NCBI GenBank assembly: GCA_902782695.1
Contig: CACZOE010000139.1
Span: 1 to 43,329 of the forward strand
Length of the DNA: 43,329 bases
Source: an uncultured Lachnospiraceae bacterium
GTDB taxonomy: Bacteria; Bacillota; Clostridia; Lachnospirales; Lachnospiraceae
Direction: 5' to 3'
In this document: positions 8,679 through 18,864 of the stretch, one piece after another
Position numbering within the stretch: the first letter of the stretch is position 1
How the letters are laid out: each line of letters begins with the position of its first letter
Notes under the pieces: generated by a model
The model's database searches: none
Told to the model about the DNA's origin: nothing
The model's input: the letters and a program-made list of their open reading frames with translations, nothing else
Position numbers and translations under genes: made by a program

Positions 8679-9485
8679 ATGTTTAGTTATAGAAAAAAAA
8701 TAGTATCACTAATGCTGGTTATGACATTTCTAATTGTATGCTTTTTGGGTAATGTCCTTCCGGCTGGAATAGTAAATGCAGAGCCATCCTATAAGACAGC
8801 GGTTACATTTGTAATGTATGAAAAGAATCAGGTGGCAGTCATCGATATAGATGATCTGGCAGCCACAGATGTTCTGGATACTTCAAATGTGAGCAGCAGC
8901 AAGAGTTCTGTAGCATCCATTTACAGTATAACCAGGGATGATCAGGAAAGTGAGACAGAACTGCTGGATACTACAGAGGCTTCAGATGATGCAAATACAT
9001 GTTCTTATTCCATCGGTCTTATGATGAAAAAAGCTGGTACCACCAATATTTCCTTTACTGTAGGTGGAACCACCTATGTTACTGCCGTAACCGTGGTAAA
9101 GTATTCAAATCCAGTTAAGACCCTTAAGATTAAGGGGATTAATAAGAGTAAAAATATAGCTTCAAAAACAAAGAAAAAGAATTATGTTAACTTTAAGGGT
9201 GTTACCAAGAAATCCTCAACCATCAGCGTAACTCCGAAGTCGGGGTGGACTGTTGAAAGGATCAGCTGTACATGCAGCAATACTGATGAGTCTGTTTCCA
9301 GACGAAACACTGTGAAGAATTCAGATGGAAGTAATGGAAGTGTAAAAGTAAGTTCGCTTTCCATCGGAAAACTGTACAGAGGCTATACCTATTATATAGA
9401 TATAACTCTGCTGCATAATAACGGGTATAGAGAAGAACTTCATTACTGTATCAGTAATACAGAAAAGCTTCAGAGCGTATACTGA
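8679..9485 (+). CDS. Secreted hypothetical protein, probably Ig-like beta-sandwich domains (paralog of 9499..10278)
   Basis: Signal peptide ending VNA; S/T-rich beta pattern; YSNPVKTLKIKGIN and VTPKSGW match YVNPVSSLSVTGVN and VTPATGW of the next gene. Confidence 0.65.
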   Translation: MFSYRKKIVSLMLVMTFLIVCFLGNVLPAGIVNAEPSYKTAVTFVMYEKNQVAVIDIDDLAATDVLDTSNVSSSKSSVASIYSITRDDQESETELLDTTEASDDANTCSYSIGLMMKKAGTTNISFTVGGTTYVTAVTVVKYSNPVKTLKIKGINKSKNIASKTKKKNYVNFKGVTKKSSTISVTPKSGWTVERISCTCSNTDESVSRRNTVKNSDGSNGSVKVSSLSIGKLYRGYTYYIDITLLHNNGYREELHYCISNTEKLQSVY

Positions 9486-9498
9486 GGAGATATAACAG

Positions 9499-10278
9499 AT
9501 GAAAAAGATATATAAGATAATTACATATATAATCCTGTCTCTTTTGATCATGGCTGGTACGGGTTCAAATCTTTCGGTAAATGCTGAGGAGATAAGAACC
9601 AAGACAGATGTTTATTCGTATTTTAATCCAAATCTGAAGAGTAATGTGGCCGTGATCGAGATCAGCGGTCTTACAAGCACTCAGAGAATCGCGAAGGAAT
9701 CTCTTCAAAGCAGTGATATAAATGTTGGAAGGGTAAGGAGCATTACCAGAAGAGCATATAGTTCCAATACTTCAAAGGTTGAAAAGAAGGCATCTAACAG
9801 TTCAAGAAAGAGCTACACCTATCAGATAAAGGTGAACCTCTACGCAGTAGGAACTACGGTTATTTCTTACACTATAGATGGTGTGGCTTACAGTACAACT
9901 CTTCATGTAAATGCATATGTGAATCCTGTGAGCTCACTTTCAGTAACAGGTGTTAATTCTTCTGCAGACCTTGCTCCGAACCTGGACTTTACTAAGGGTT
10001 ACGGAACAGGAAGTTTTGCAAATGTAAATCAGAAGAAGGCAAAGTTAAGTGTTACACCAGCCACTGGCTGGAGAGTGACCAGTGTGACCTGTGACAATGA
10101 GACTACAGGTTATGAATATAAGAAGTATAACAAGTCAACTACTAAAAGTTTGAACTCTGTTACACTTGGAAATCTCAGACAGGGTGATAACTGCAAGGTA
10201 CAGATAACCCTTGCAGACAGCTATGGCAACTATATGTCTGTTACCCTGAAGCTGTGTAATCCGGCAACTATCAAGTAA
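9499..10278 (+). CDS. Secreted hypothetical protein, probably Ig-like (paralog of 8679..9485)
   Basis: GAGGAG RBS, signal peptide ending VNA, colinear similarity to the previous gene. Confidence 0.65.
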   Translation: MKKIYKIITYIILSLLIMAGTGSNLSVNAEEIRTKTDVYSYFNPNLKSNVAVIEISGLTSTQRIAKESLQSSDINVGRVRSITRRAYSSNTSKVEKKASNSSRKSYTYQIKVNLYAVGTTVISYTIDGVAYSTTLHVNAYVNPVSSLSVTGVNSSADLAPNLDFTKGYGTGSFANVNQKKAKLSVTPATGWRVTSVTCDNETTGYEYKKYNKSTTKSLNSVTLGNLRQGDNCKVQITLADSYGNYMSVTLKLCNPATIK

Positions 10279-10315
10279 TGTGCCGGCCAGATCTCCCTGA
10301 AGAAAGGATTTTAAC

Positions 10316-11251
10316 ATGGACAAGATAGCAGTTCTTATACCATGCTACAATGAGAGCAAGACAATAAAAAAAGTAGTCAGTGATTTCAGACAGGTGTTGC
10401 CGGAAGCGGTAATATATGTCTATGACAATAATTCTACTGACGGAACTGATGAGATAGCAAGAAACGCCGGAGCTGTTGTCAGATATGAGTATCAGCAGGG
10501 CAAGGGTAATGTTATCAGAAGAATGTTTCGTGAGATAGACGCCGAAGCCTACATCATGGTGGATGGTGATGATACTTATCCTGCAGAGCATTCCAGAGAA
10601 ATGGTAAATAAAGTTCTGGAAAAGAATGTGGATATGGTCATAGGAGACCGACTTTCCTCCACCTATTATGAGGAAAATAAAAGACCATTTCATAATTTCG
10701 GAAACTCTCTGGTACAAAAGAGCATCAATACACTTTTTAAATCAGATATTAAGGATATTATGACTGGATACAGGGCATTTTCCTATCTCTTTGTTAAATC
10801 CTTCCCAGTGCTTTCCAATGGATTTGAGATAGAAACTGAGATGACTATACATGCCATTGACAAAAGAATGTTTCTGGAAAATGTAGTTATCGATTACAGG
10901 GATCGTCCTGAGGGAAGCGAGTCAAAGCTGAATACTTATTCAGACGGAATGAAGGTGCTCTTCACCATTGCAAGACTTTTCAGAATCTATAAGCCTTTTA
11001 GCTTTTTTGCGATTCTTGCAAGTGTTCTTACAATTCTGTCAGCTGCATTTTTCATACCGGTATTTATTGATTACCTGGAAACCGGACTTGTTGATAAATT
11101 CCCTACTCTTATCGTATGCGGTTTCGTAATAGTAGCAGCGATAATCAGTCTGTTCAGTGGACTTATACTGTCCTCGATAGTTCAGAAAAATAAACAGGAT
11201 TATGAGCTGGAACTTAGAAAGATATATAGTGAGTTCGTTGAAAAGAAATAA
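10316..11251 (+). CDS. GT2 polyprenyl-phosphate glycosyltransferase (GtrB/DPM-like) with two C-terminal TM helices
   Basis: IPCYNE, DNNSTDG, QGKG, DxD motif VDGDDTY, DIMTGYRAF, GFEIETE; two terminal TM segments. Confidence 0.9.
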   Translation: MDKIAVLIPCYNESKTIKKVVSDFRQVLPEAVIYVYDNNSTDGTDEIARNAGAVVRYEYQQGKGNVIRRMFREIDAEAYIMVDGDDTYPAEHSREMVNKVLEKNVDMVIGDRLSSTYYEENKRPFHNFGNSLVQKSINTLFKSDIKDIMTGYRAFSYLFVKSFPVLSNGFEIETEMTIHAIDKRMFLENVVIDYRDRPEGSESKLNTYSDGMKVLFTIARLFRIYKPFSFFAILASVLTILSAAFFIPVFIDYLETGLVDKFPTLIVCGFVIVAAIISLFSGLILSSIVQKNKQDYELELRKIYSEFVEKK

Positions 11252-11279
11252 TTATTCATGATATTAGTAAGGAAAAGCA

Positions 11280-13262
11280 ATGAGTGATTCGCCTAAAAAA
11301 TTATCTGTCGGAAGGGTTATAATAGCATTTATACTGAGTGTTGTGGCAGCCATAGGTCTGACCTGTGACATGAAGGATCTGTATGTGCAGCTGGATTCCT
11401 ATATGGAAAAGTTTAATGCTGTATTCAGAGCTATATTCAGAATGGCCCTTGTCATAAATAAAGACAGATTATATGTCAGTCTGGTAATAGCCGCAGTATT
11501 TATCCTGATTCTCTATGCAGGAAGGTTTGAATATGAGAAGAGGGATAAGGTTACTTCGGCTGTTTTTAGTGTATTTTTCAGCGTGATGCAGATAATCGCT
11601 ATATCCTTTGATACAACAAATAATGCTGATTTCATTAGGGTTTCGCTTTTTGTATTTATCCGAGCCTGTTTCTTTACCTTTGGTTACATGATCGTATGGT
11701 ATCATATATCACTTATAGTGCTGAAAAAGTACGATGACCTGATGAAGAGGGGACTTCTCTTTGACAGTCCGGCCTTAGATTATGATCTGAAGAAGAATGT
11801 TATCAGAACGGCGCTTATTACATTTGTATGCTGGCTGCCTTACTATATTCTTCTTTTCCCTGGAACAGGAAATGGAGATACCTCCAGACAGATAATCATG
11901 TTCTTCCATGAAAGAAAGGACATGCTTCTTGACTATTCACCGAATGTTGGAGAGGACGTTTATATTACAAATATGCATCCTTTCTTTACTACTGTGGTAT
12001 TCGGACTCTTTGCAAAACTTGGTACCGAGGTGTTCGGAAAAATAGATATCGGTATCGGTATTTTTACATTTATCCAGATGATAATGTATGCAGTGGTATT
12101 TGCTTTTACTATCTGCTATTTCGAGAAAAATGGTCTCAGCAGCAGAGTGAAGAAGATACTTCATGTATTTATATCACTTTGTCCATTATTCCCTCTGTAC
12201 AGCATATGTATGCTTAAGGATACTATGTTTGCTCTGACCTACATACTTCTTACCCTGGGGCTTTTTGAAATATATAAAACAAAGGGCCAGTGTATGAGAA
12301 ATAAGAAGTTTCTCATCTTCCTTCTGATCGATTCTGTTCTCTTTACTCTTACAAAGAATCAGGGCGTTTATTTTCTTGTTGTAATACTGGTGGTAAGCGT
12401 GATAGTATATCGAAGGGAATTTATCAGGATGCTGATAGCCTTCGGTATTCCTGTGATATTTTTTGTTGGTCTCTGGACTCCGGTTATTCTTCCGGCGGCA
12501 AAGGTTGCCTCAGGAGGAAGACAGGAAATGTTGGGGGCGCTTTTTCAGTGTACAGCCAGATATATGGTCTACTATCCGGAGGAAGTTACAGAGGAAGAGT
12601 GGCAGGCTATAGATGGCGTGCTTGATGCAGAGCAGATACCAGAGTTATATAGCCCGCAGCTTCAGGATCCGGTTAAGTTTACTTTTAAACAGGACTGCAG
12701 TTCTGAAGATATGAAGAATTATTTTGGTGCATTCTTTTCGATGTTTAAAAAACATCCGGTGTGCTACATAGATGCTATCATAAATAATGCTTTTGGTTTC
12801 TTTGACGTATCAAGAATGTCAAAGATGGCATATACATATTTCTGGAACAGAATTGATAAGGAAAACAGGCTTTACGTAGGCGGTGCTTTCCCGAAGATTC
12901 AGAAGATAGGCTATAAGCTGATATTCTTTATACAGAGAATACCGGTTATAAATATATTCTTTAGTGTTGGTACATATACAATGCTTTCTATATTCCTGAT
13001 CCTTCTGATGATCAGAAATAAAGAATACAGGAAACTGTACCCTGCTATAGTCACTATACTGTCGGTACTTCTTTTAGTCATTTCTCCGGCAGGTGGTAAT
13101 TTCAGATATACCATGCCTATGTTCATGCTGCTGGTATTTAACCTGATTCTTTGCGCTTATAAGAAACCGGGTATGACGGATGAAGAGCAGGACGAAAAAA
13201 GTGTCCTTGCACAAAATGAAAATGAAGAAAAAGGTCCTTCGAAAAAAAGCGAAGAGGCCTGA
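11280..13262 (+). CDS. Polytopic membrane protein, DUF6020-like (putative GT-C glycosyltransferase)
   Basis: Many TM helices; FPGTGNGDT, HPFFTT, LKDTMF, TKNQG and FRYTMP motifs as recalled for DUF6020; directly follows a GtrB-like GT2. Confidence 0.65.
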   Translation: MSDSPKKLSVGRVIIAFILSVVAAIGLTCDMKDLYVQLDSYMEKFNAVFRAIFRMALVINKDRLYVSLVIAAVFILILYAGRFEYEKRDKVTSAVFSVFFSVMQIIAISFDTTNNADFIRVSLFVFIRACFFTFGYMIVWYHISLIVLKKYDDLMKRGLLFDSPALDYDLKKNVIRTALITFVCWLPYYILLFPGTGNGDTSRQIIMFFHERKDMLLDYSPNVGEDVYITNMHPFFTTVVFGLFAKLGTEVFGKIDIGIGIFTFIQMIMYAVVFAFTICYFEKNGLSSRVKKILHVFISLCPLFPLYSICMLKDTMFALTYILLTLGLFEIYKTKGQCMRNKKFLIFLLIDSVLFTLTKNQGVYFLVVILVVSVIVYRREFIRMLIAFGIPVIFFVGLWTPVILPAAKVASGGRQEMLGALFQCTARYMVYYPEEVTEEEWQAIDGVLDAEQIPELYSPQLQDPVKFTFKQDCSSEDMKNYFGAFFSMFKKHPVCYIDAIINNAFGFFDVSRMSKMAYTYFWNRIDKENRLYVGGAFPKIQKIGYKLIFFIQRIPVINIFFSVGTYTMLSIFLILLMIRNKEYRKLYPAIVTILSVLLLVISPAGGNFRYTMPMFMLLVFNLILCAYKKPGMTDEEQDEKSVLAQNENEEKGPSKKSEEA

Positions 13263-13272
13263 ATAGAGAAAA

Positions 13273-15108
13273 ATGAAATCTGCTATCAAAAAAATAATAA
13301 AAATATTAATACTTATATTTACTTTTCTTTCCGGACTTATATTTGCCACAGAAGTGTGGCTGGTCAGAACCTGGTCAGACCTGAATGCGAATGAAGTGAT
13401 CTTTCATCTGACTCAGCCGCTGGAGGGCTCAAATCCGGAGATGGTCAAAAGCTATATACTTAAATATCTTCTGCCCACCATCCTGGTCATGGCTCTGGCA
13501 GTTTTTATCGCTATTCGTGCCCACAAGGCAGCAAAAGCGAAGATAGTATATATCCTGTATTTTATAGGAGCGGTTCTCCTTTTTGTAATGTCAGGTATTC
13601 TGATAGAGAAAAAGCTGGGATTTATATCCTATGTTAAGTCTTATGTGCTCGCATCCGCCGGAGCGGGAGAGGATTTTATTGGAGAAAACTATATAAGTCC
13701 TGACTCTGTACAGCTTGATTTTCCTGAGAAAAAGAGAAATCTCATATACATATACCTGGAATCAGTGGAAATGACCTTTGCTGATAAAGAGCATGGTGGA
13801 GACTTTCCTGAAAATCTGATTCCTGAGCTTACTGAGCTTTCCTCAGAGGGAGAGGATTTCTCTTCAGCAAGTGGAGAGACCTCTGATCTTCTGGAAGGTG
13901 GTGTTTCTCTGGAGGGAACCAACTGGACCATGGGTGGAATGTTTGCCCAGACTTCAGGACTGCCACTTCAGGTTTCCATTGGTGGAAATGGAATGGCTCA
14001 GCAGAGTGAATTCTTCCCGGATCTTGTGACTCTGGGAGATATCCTTCAGAAGAACGGATATAAGCAGGAACTGATGATTGGTTCTGAAGCCAAGTTTGGT
14101 GGCCGTGATACCTACTTTAGTCAGCATGGTGACTATCAGCTGCTGGATTATAACTGGGCTATAAAGGAAGGTCTGATTCCTGAAGACTACTACGTTTGGT
14201 GGGGCTTTGAGGATGAAAAGCTTTTTGATTTTGCTAAGGACGAGCTGACCAGACTTTCCGGAGAGGAAGAACCCTTCAATCTGACACTCCTTACCGTTGA
14301 TACACATTTTGAAAATGGTTATGTATGTGACCTCTGTAAGACAGAACATGGGGATAATCAGTATGCAAATGTTTATTCCTGCGCCAGCAGACAGGTTGTG
14401 GAATTTGTAAGATGGATACAGCAGCAACCTTTTTATGAAAATACTACGGTTATTCTTTCTGGTGATCATCCAACTATGGATAAAGATTTCTGCAATGACG
14501 TTGCAGGAGAATATCAGAGAAGAACCTATGTAAATATACTTAACAGTGCAGTGCCCCGAAGAGGAAGCGCTGACAGAAAGTATACAACTCTGGATATGTT
14601 TCCAACCACCCTTGCTTCTATAGGTGTAAAAATAGAGGGAGACCGTCTGGCACTTGGAACTAATCTTTTCTCTGAGCAGGAAACACTGCTTGAAGAGCAT
14701 GGAATGCCTGAACTTGACACCCTGGTGGGAACTCCTTCAGCATTTATGACGAAACAAAGTCATATAGTTGTTACCAAGAAGACTCTCGATAATATCCAGA
14801 ATGAAAAAATAAAAGTAAAAACAGAGGACGATGGAAAGCTTACGATTTCAATTCCGAAAATAAGAGCCATAAATGTGAGCAGTCTCCAGAAGGCTGAACT
14901 GGAAGTGACTTCTAAATCTACGGGTGATATCAAGACTTATGATATGACCATCAAACCAAAGAAGAACGATCCGAATCTTTTTTCAGTGAAGGCAAAAACA
15001 GATATAGCAGAAAATAAAAAAAGTGATATAATTGTGAAGATATATTTTACCGTACAGGGGATAAAACACTATCAGGTTTATGAATGGAGTGGTGACGAAG
15101 CTGAGTGA
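13273..15108 (+). CDS. LTA synthase/MdoB/GacH-family phosphoglycerol transferase (sulfatase fold), copy 1
   Basis: About 3 N-terminal TM segments; NLIYIYLES, catalytic Thr in NWTMGG, TVDTH, SGDH metal ligands. Confidence 0.88.
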   Translation: MKSAIKKIIKILILIFTFLSGLIFATEVWLVRTWSDLNANEVIFHLTQPLEGSNPEMVKSYILKYLLPTILVMALAVFIAIRAHKAAKAKIVYILYFIGAVLLFVMSGILIEKKLGFISYVKSYVLASAGAGEDFIGENYISPDSVQLDFPEKKRNLIYIYLESVEMTFADKEHGGDFPENLIPELTELSSEGEDFSSASGETSDLLEGGVSLEGTNWTMGGMFAQTSGLPLQVSIGGNGMAQQSEFFPDLVTLGDILQKNGYKQELMIGSEAKFGGRDTYFSQHGDYQLLDYNWAIKEGLIPEDYYVWWGFEDEKLFDFAKDELTRLSGEEEPFNLTLLTVDTHFENGYVCDLCKTEHGDNQYANVYSCASRQVVEFVRWIQQQPFYENTTVILSGDHPTMDKDFCNDVAGEYQRRTYVNILNSAVPRRGSADRKYTTLDMFPTTLASIGVKIEGDRLALGTNLFSEQETLLEEHGMPELDTLVGTPSAFMTKQSHIVVTKKTLDNIQNEKIKVKTEDDGKLTISIPKIRAINVSSLQKAELEVTSKSTGDIKTYDMTIKPKKNDPNLFSVKAKTDIAENKKSDIIVKIYFTVQGIKHYQVYEWSGDEAE

Positions 15109-15130
15109 TTCCACTCTGATGAGGTTTGAA

Positions 15131-16972
15131 ATGAAAATCCTAAAAAATATTTTGAAAATATTAATATTCCTGTTCTTTATGTTTTCTGTGGTATTATTTT
15201 TTACCCAGATCTGGCTTCTCAGCAGGTGGGCTGAGTTGACAGCAGCTGAGGTTCTGTATCATATCCTGGCGCCACTGAACGGTACCAATATGGATATGGT
15301 AAAGGATTACATATTTAAATTCCTGGTACCTGCAATTCTTGTGATTGTTTTAGTTGGAGTGACATTTGTTATCGTTGTAAAGAAGAAAAAAGCGAAGACC
15401 AGATTATTCTTTATAATAATGGCTGGATTAGGGCTTGTTCTTCTTGGCATAAGTTGTATAAGAATTGAGAGAAATGTAGGTCTGTTCTCCTATGCGTTTA
15501 ATTATCTGAAGGCCAAAAAATTTGAGGGAGAGGACTTTATTGAGATAAATTATACTGATCCGAAAAAGGTAAAGATAGAATTCCCTGAAAAGAAAAGAAA
15601 TCTCATATTTATCTATCTGGAATCCATGGAAATGACTTATGCTGACAAGGATGCAGGTGGATATTTTGATACAAATTACATCCCTGAGCTGACTGAACTT
15701 GCCAGGGAAAATGAATGTTTTAGTGATGATGACAAGTTGAGAGGTGGAGCTTCATTCCCGGGAACTAACTGGACCATGGGTGCGATGTTTGGAACCACTT
15801 CGGGACTGCCCCTTCAGATATCTCTGGGTGCAAATTCCATGGGAAGAGAGGACAGTTTCTTCTCAGGAGCGACTACTCTGGGAGATATTCTCAGCAGAGA
15901 GGACTATAAACAGGTTCTTCTGCTTGGCTCCGAAGCGCATTTCGGAGGACGTGAATCCTACTTCACGGAACATGGAAACTATGGCATGATGGATTATAAC
16001 TGGGCTATAAAAGAAGGTAAGATACCTTCGGATTATAAGGTCTGGTGGGGATATGAGGATGAGAAGCTTTTTGAGTATGCAAAGGAACAGTGTACAGAGC
16101 TCTCTTCCGGAAAGAAGCCTTTCAATCTGACACTTCTTACAGTAGATACACATTTCCCTGATGGCTATGTCTGCAGACTCTGTGAGAATCAGTATGATTC
16201 CCAGTATGGAAATGTAATAGCCTGCGCCAGCAGACAGACCCTTGATTTTGTTAACTGGATCAAGGAGCAGGATTTTTATGAGGATACGACCATTGTGATC
16301 ACCGGAGATCATCCGACCATGGATCCACATTTCGTAAAGGGAGTATCCAAAAAATATTCAAGAAGAACGTATACCTGCATCATAAATGGTGCGGCAGAGA
16401 AGGAAAGAAAGGAAGCAAGAGACTTTTCAACATTGGATTTATTCCCAACAACTCTTGCTGCTATGGGTGTTTCCATAGAGGGTGACAGACTCGGAATGGG
16501 AGTAAATCTTTATGGTGATGTGGACACTATAGTGGAGCAGTACGGTGAGAAGGTCTGCTCTGACAGAATAAATATACCTTCAGCTTTTATGGATAAGCTG
16601 AGTGAGGTTCAGATAACTACAGAGGATCTGGACAGGATAAAGAAGGCGAAAATCAAGGTTACTGAGCTGGAGGATGGTTCAGGATTACAGGTTACCCAAC
16701 TTCATATCAGATCTATCAAGGCAGCTTCTCTTGAAAAGGCTGATCTGGAGGTTATAAACAAAAAGACTGGAGAAACCAGACATTTTGATATGGGCAGAGT
16801 TATCTATCCTAACAACCCTGCTAAGTTTTCTAATCAGGTGGTAATTGATGGAACGTCAGCAGATTTTAATGATCTGACCATGAAGATATATTTTACAGTT
16901 AAGGGTATAGATCATTATCTGATAAATACATGGAATTATAGTGAAGAGGAACAGATGTGGATTCCGGAATAA
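15131..16972 (+). CDS. LTA synthase/MdoB/GacH-family phosphoglycerol transferase, copy 2
   Basis: Same motifs (NLIFIYLES, NWTMGA, TVDTH, TGDH). Start placed at ATG 15131 (GAGGT RBS; aligns with the copy-1 N-terminus) rather than 15080. Confidence 0.88.
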   Translation: MKILKNILKILIFLFFMFSVVLFFTQIWLLSRWAELTAAEVLYHILAPLNGTNMDMVKDYIFKFLVPAILVIVLVGVTFVIVVKKKKAKTRLFFIIMAGLGLVLLGISCIRIERNVGLFSYAFNYLKAKKFEGEDFIEINYTDPKKVKIEFPEKKRNLIFIYLESMEMTYADKDAGGYFDTNYIPELTELARENECFSDDDKLRGGASFPGTNWTMGAMFGTTSGLPLQISLGANSMGREDSFFSGATTLGDILSREDYKQVLLLGSEAHFGGRESYFTEHGNYGMMDYNWAIKEGKIPSDYKVWWGYEDEKLFEYAKEQCTELSSGKKPFNLTLLTVDTHFPDGYVCRLCENQYDSQYGNVIACASRQTLDFVNWIKEQDFYEDTTIVITGDHPTMDPHFVKGVSKKYSRRTYTCIINGAAEKERKEARDFSTLDLFPTTLAAMGVSIEGDRLGMGVNLYGDVDTIVEQYGEKVCSDRINIPSAFMDKLSEVQITTEDLDRIKKAKIKVTELEDGSGLQVTQLHIRSIKAASLEKADLEVINKKTGETRHFDMGRVIYPNNPAKFSNQVVIDGTSADFNDLTMKIYFTVKGIDHYLINTWNYSEEEQMWIPE

Positions 16973-17724
16973 TAGTTGCGACACATAAAAAATACTGGAT
17001 GCCTGAGGATGGAATATATATCCCGCTTCAGGTGGGATGTGATATTTCAAAAACTCCTGAGGGAAGACCTCTGAATCTTGGTTACCGGAAGGATAATACG
17101 GGAGATGAGATTAGCCGGAAGAACAGAAATTACTGTGAGCTTACAGGTCTTTACTGGGCTTGGAAGAATCTGAAATCGGATTATGCCGGTCTGGTACATT
17201 ATAGAAGACACTTCTCGGTGAAACGTAAGGGAACCAAGCAGGAGAGGGTTCTGAATGCCCGGGAGCTGAAATCACTTTTTAAGAAGGCGGACATCCTTCT
17301 TCCGAAGAAGAGAAGGTATTTTATAGAAACGAATTACAGTCAGTATGCCCATGCTCATCATGCAGTGGATCTGGACACTACGAAAGAAATAATCAGTGAG
17401 AAGTATCCTGATTATATACCTGCATTTGAAAAGGTGATGAAGCGTACCAGCGGACACAGATTCAATATGTTCATCATGAAGAGACAGTATTTTGATGAAT
17501 ACTGTGAGTGGCTGTTTGACATATTATTTGAACTTGAGAAGAGACTTGATATTTCTCAGTACAGTGAAAATGATTCGAGAGTCTTTGGTTTTGTTAGTGA
17601 GAGACTGTTGGATGTCTGGATTGAAACCAGGGGCTATGATTATCTGGAACTGCCATATATTTTTATGGAGAAACAGAACTGGCTGGTGAAGGGTTCCAGA
17701 TTCTTATTACGTAAATTCAGGTGA
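16957..17724 (+). CDS. DUF4422-domain glycosyltransferase (WciB/EpsF-like)
   Basis: IIVATHKKY, DNTGDEIS, YCELTGLYWAWKN, GLVHYRR, NMFIMK, RVFGFVSERLLDVW. Confidence 0.85.
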   Translation: MDSGIIVATHKKYWMPEDGIYIPLQVGCDISKTPEGRPLNLGYRKDNTGDEISRKNRNYCELTGLYWAWKNLKSDYAGLVHYRRHFSVKRKGTKQERVLNARELKSLFKKADILLPKKRRYFIETNYSQYAHAHHAVDLDTTKEIISEKYPDYIPAFEKVMKRTSGHRFNMFIMKRQYFDEYCEWLFDILFELEKRLDISQYSENDSRVFGFVSERLLDVWIETRGYDYLELPYIFMEKQNWLVKGSRFLLRKFR

Positions 17725-17731
17725 CTTAAAT

Positions 17732-18820
17732 ATGCTGAATGTTTTTACGCTTATCAGATGTATATTGATGGGATTTGTTCTTCCATTTCTGGCAGGAAGA
17801 TGTTTTCTGTATCTGGTACAGGGCAGAAAAAGTGAAAGTGCCACGAATATGGGATTTTTTCTCATCTCCGGATATCTGCTTATATGGACTCTCATCGAGA
17901 TCCTGGCAATTCCGGTTACTATTCTGAAAGCACCATTTAGCTGTGTTTTTATACCGGTAACAGTTATTATAGTGGTGGCAGCGATAGCCGGTCTCGTAAT
18001 AATGATAAAAGAAGCAAGAGTAAGTAAGGGCGACGGAAAGTGCGCCCTTATTTCCGTGTTTAAGACAAAAAGCGATGTAATATTTTTCGTAGTATTCCTT
18101 CTGCTTTTTATAGTTCTCATTTGTCTTATCGAAATGACTCTTTTCTATGATGCAGATGATTCCAGATTTCTCGTTAATGCAGGGGATATACTTAGAACGA
18201 ATCGAATCCTTAGTACGGATCCTGTAACAGGTGGTCCCATAGACTTAGGTTACAGAGACTTTAAGAAGGATCTCATAGGACAGTGGTCAGCCTTCCTCGC
18301 CTTCGCTGCAAAGCTTTCAGGAGTAAATGCAACTGTTTATGCACATTCTATCTATCCGGTAATTGCTATGATACTTATCATTCTTATATACTGGATTCTT
18401 CTGGGAGAAAGAAGCATAACTGATAAAAGTATAGGAATGATTGCGGTAATGGCATTCATCATTTTTGGCAATTATTCCACTCATAGTCAGGAAACTGTGT
18501 CTGTGATCCGTATCTGGCAGGGCAAGGCTACCATGGCACTATTTGGCACACTTACCATGATTTATCTCTTTGGTAAAATTATAGATCATGAGGCAGATGT
18601 TTCGAACTTCATTCTTATATTTACAGTAAATATGTCTCTGTCTCTGATGAGCAGCATGGGTATGGTAATAGCTGCGATTATGATAGCAGTATATGGAATC
18701 TATGCGGGTATAAGCAGGAGAAGTATCAGGGTATGTCTGGTTTCATTTTTGATGTGTATACCTAATGCACTTCTTTATGTTCTAAGTGCAGTATATACAC
18801 TTGAAAAGTATCTGGGTTAA
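17732..18820 (+). CDS. DUF6077-like polytopic membrane protein (putative GT-C)
   Basis: Multi-TM; acidic loop YDADDSRF, DPVTG and RIWQGKA motifs. Confidence 0.65.
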   Translation: MLNVFTLIRCILMGFVLPFLAGRCFLYLVQGRKSESATNMGFFLISGYLLIWTLIEILAIPVTILKAPFSCVFIPVTVIIVVAAIAGLVIMIKEARVSKGDGKCALISVFKTKSDVIFFVVFLLLFIVLICLIEMTLFYDADDSRFLVNAGDILRTNRILSTDPVTGGPIDLGYRDFKKDLIGQWSAFLAFAAKLSGVNATVYAHSIYPVIAMILIILIYWILLGERSITDKSIGMIAVMAFIIFGNYSTHSQETVSVIRIWQGKATMALFGTLTMIYLFGKIIDHEADVSNFILIFTVNMSLSLMSSMGMVIAAIMIAVYGIYAGISRRSIRVCLVSFLMCIPNALLYVLSAVYTLEKYLG

Positions 18821-18864
18821 AGATAAGAAAATATTTATTCAAGATAATTTAGAGGAAGTCTGAA

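Noticed and set aside
13954-14700. Long antisense ORFs (e.g. 248 aa here, 250 aa at 7289..8041, 173 aa at 22736..23257, and those at 42046..42856)
   Set aside because: They lie fully opposite well-supported genes and have no RBS or recognisable motifs; they are shadow ORFs.
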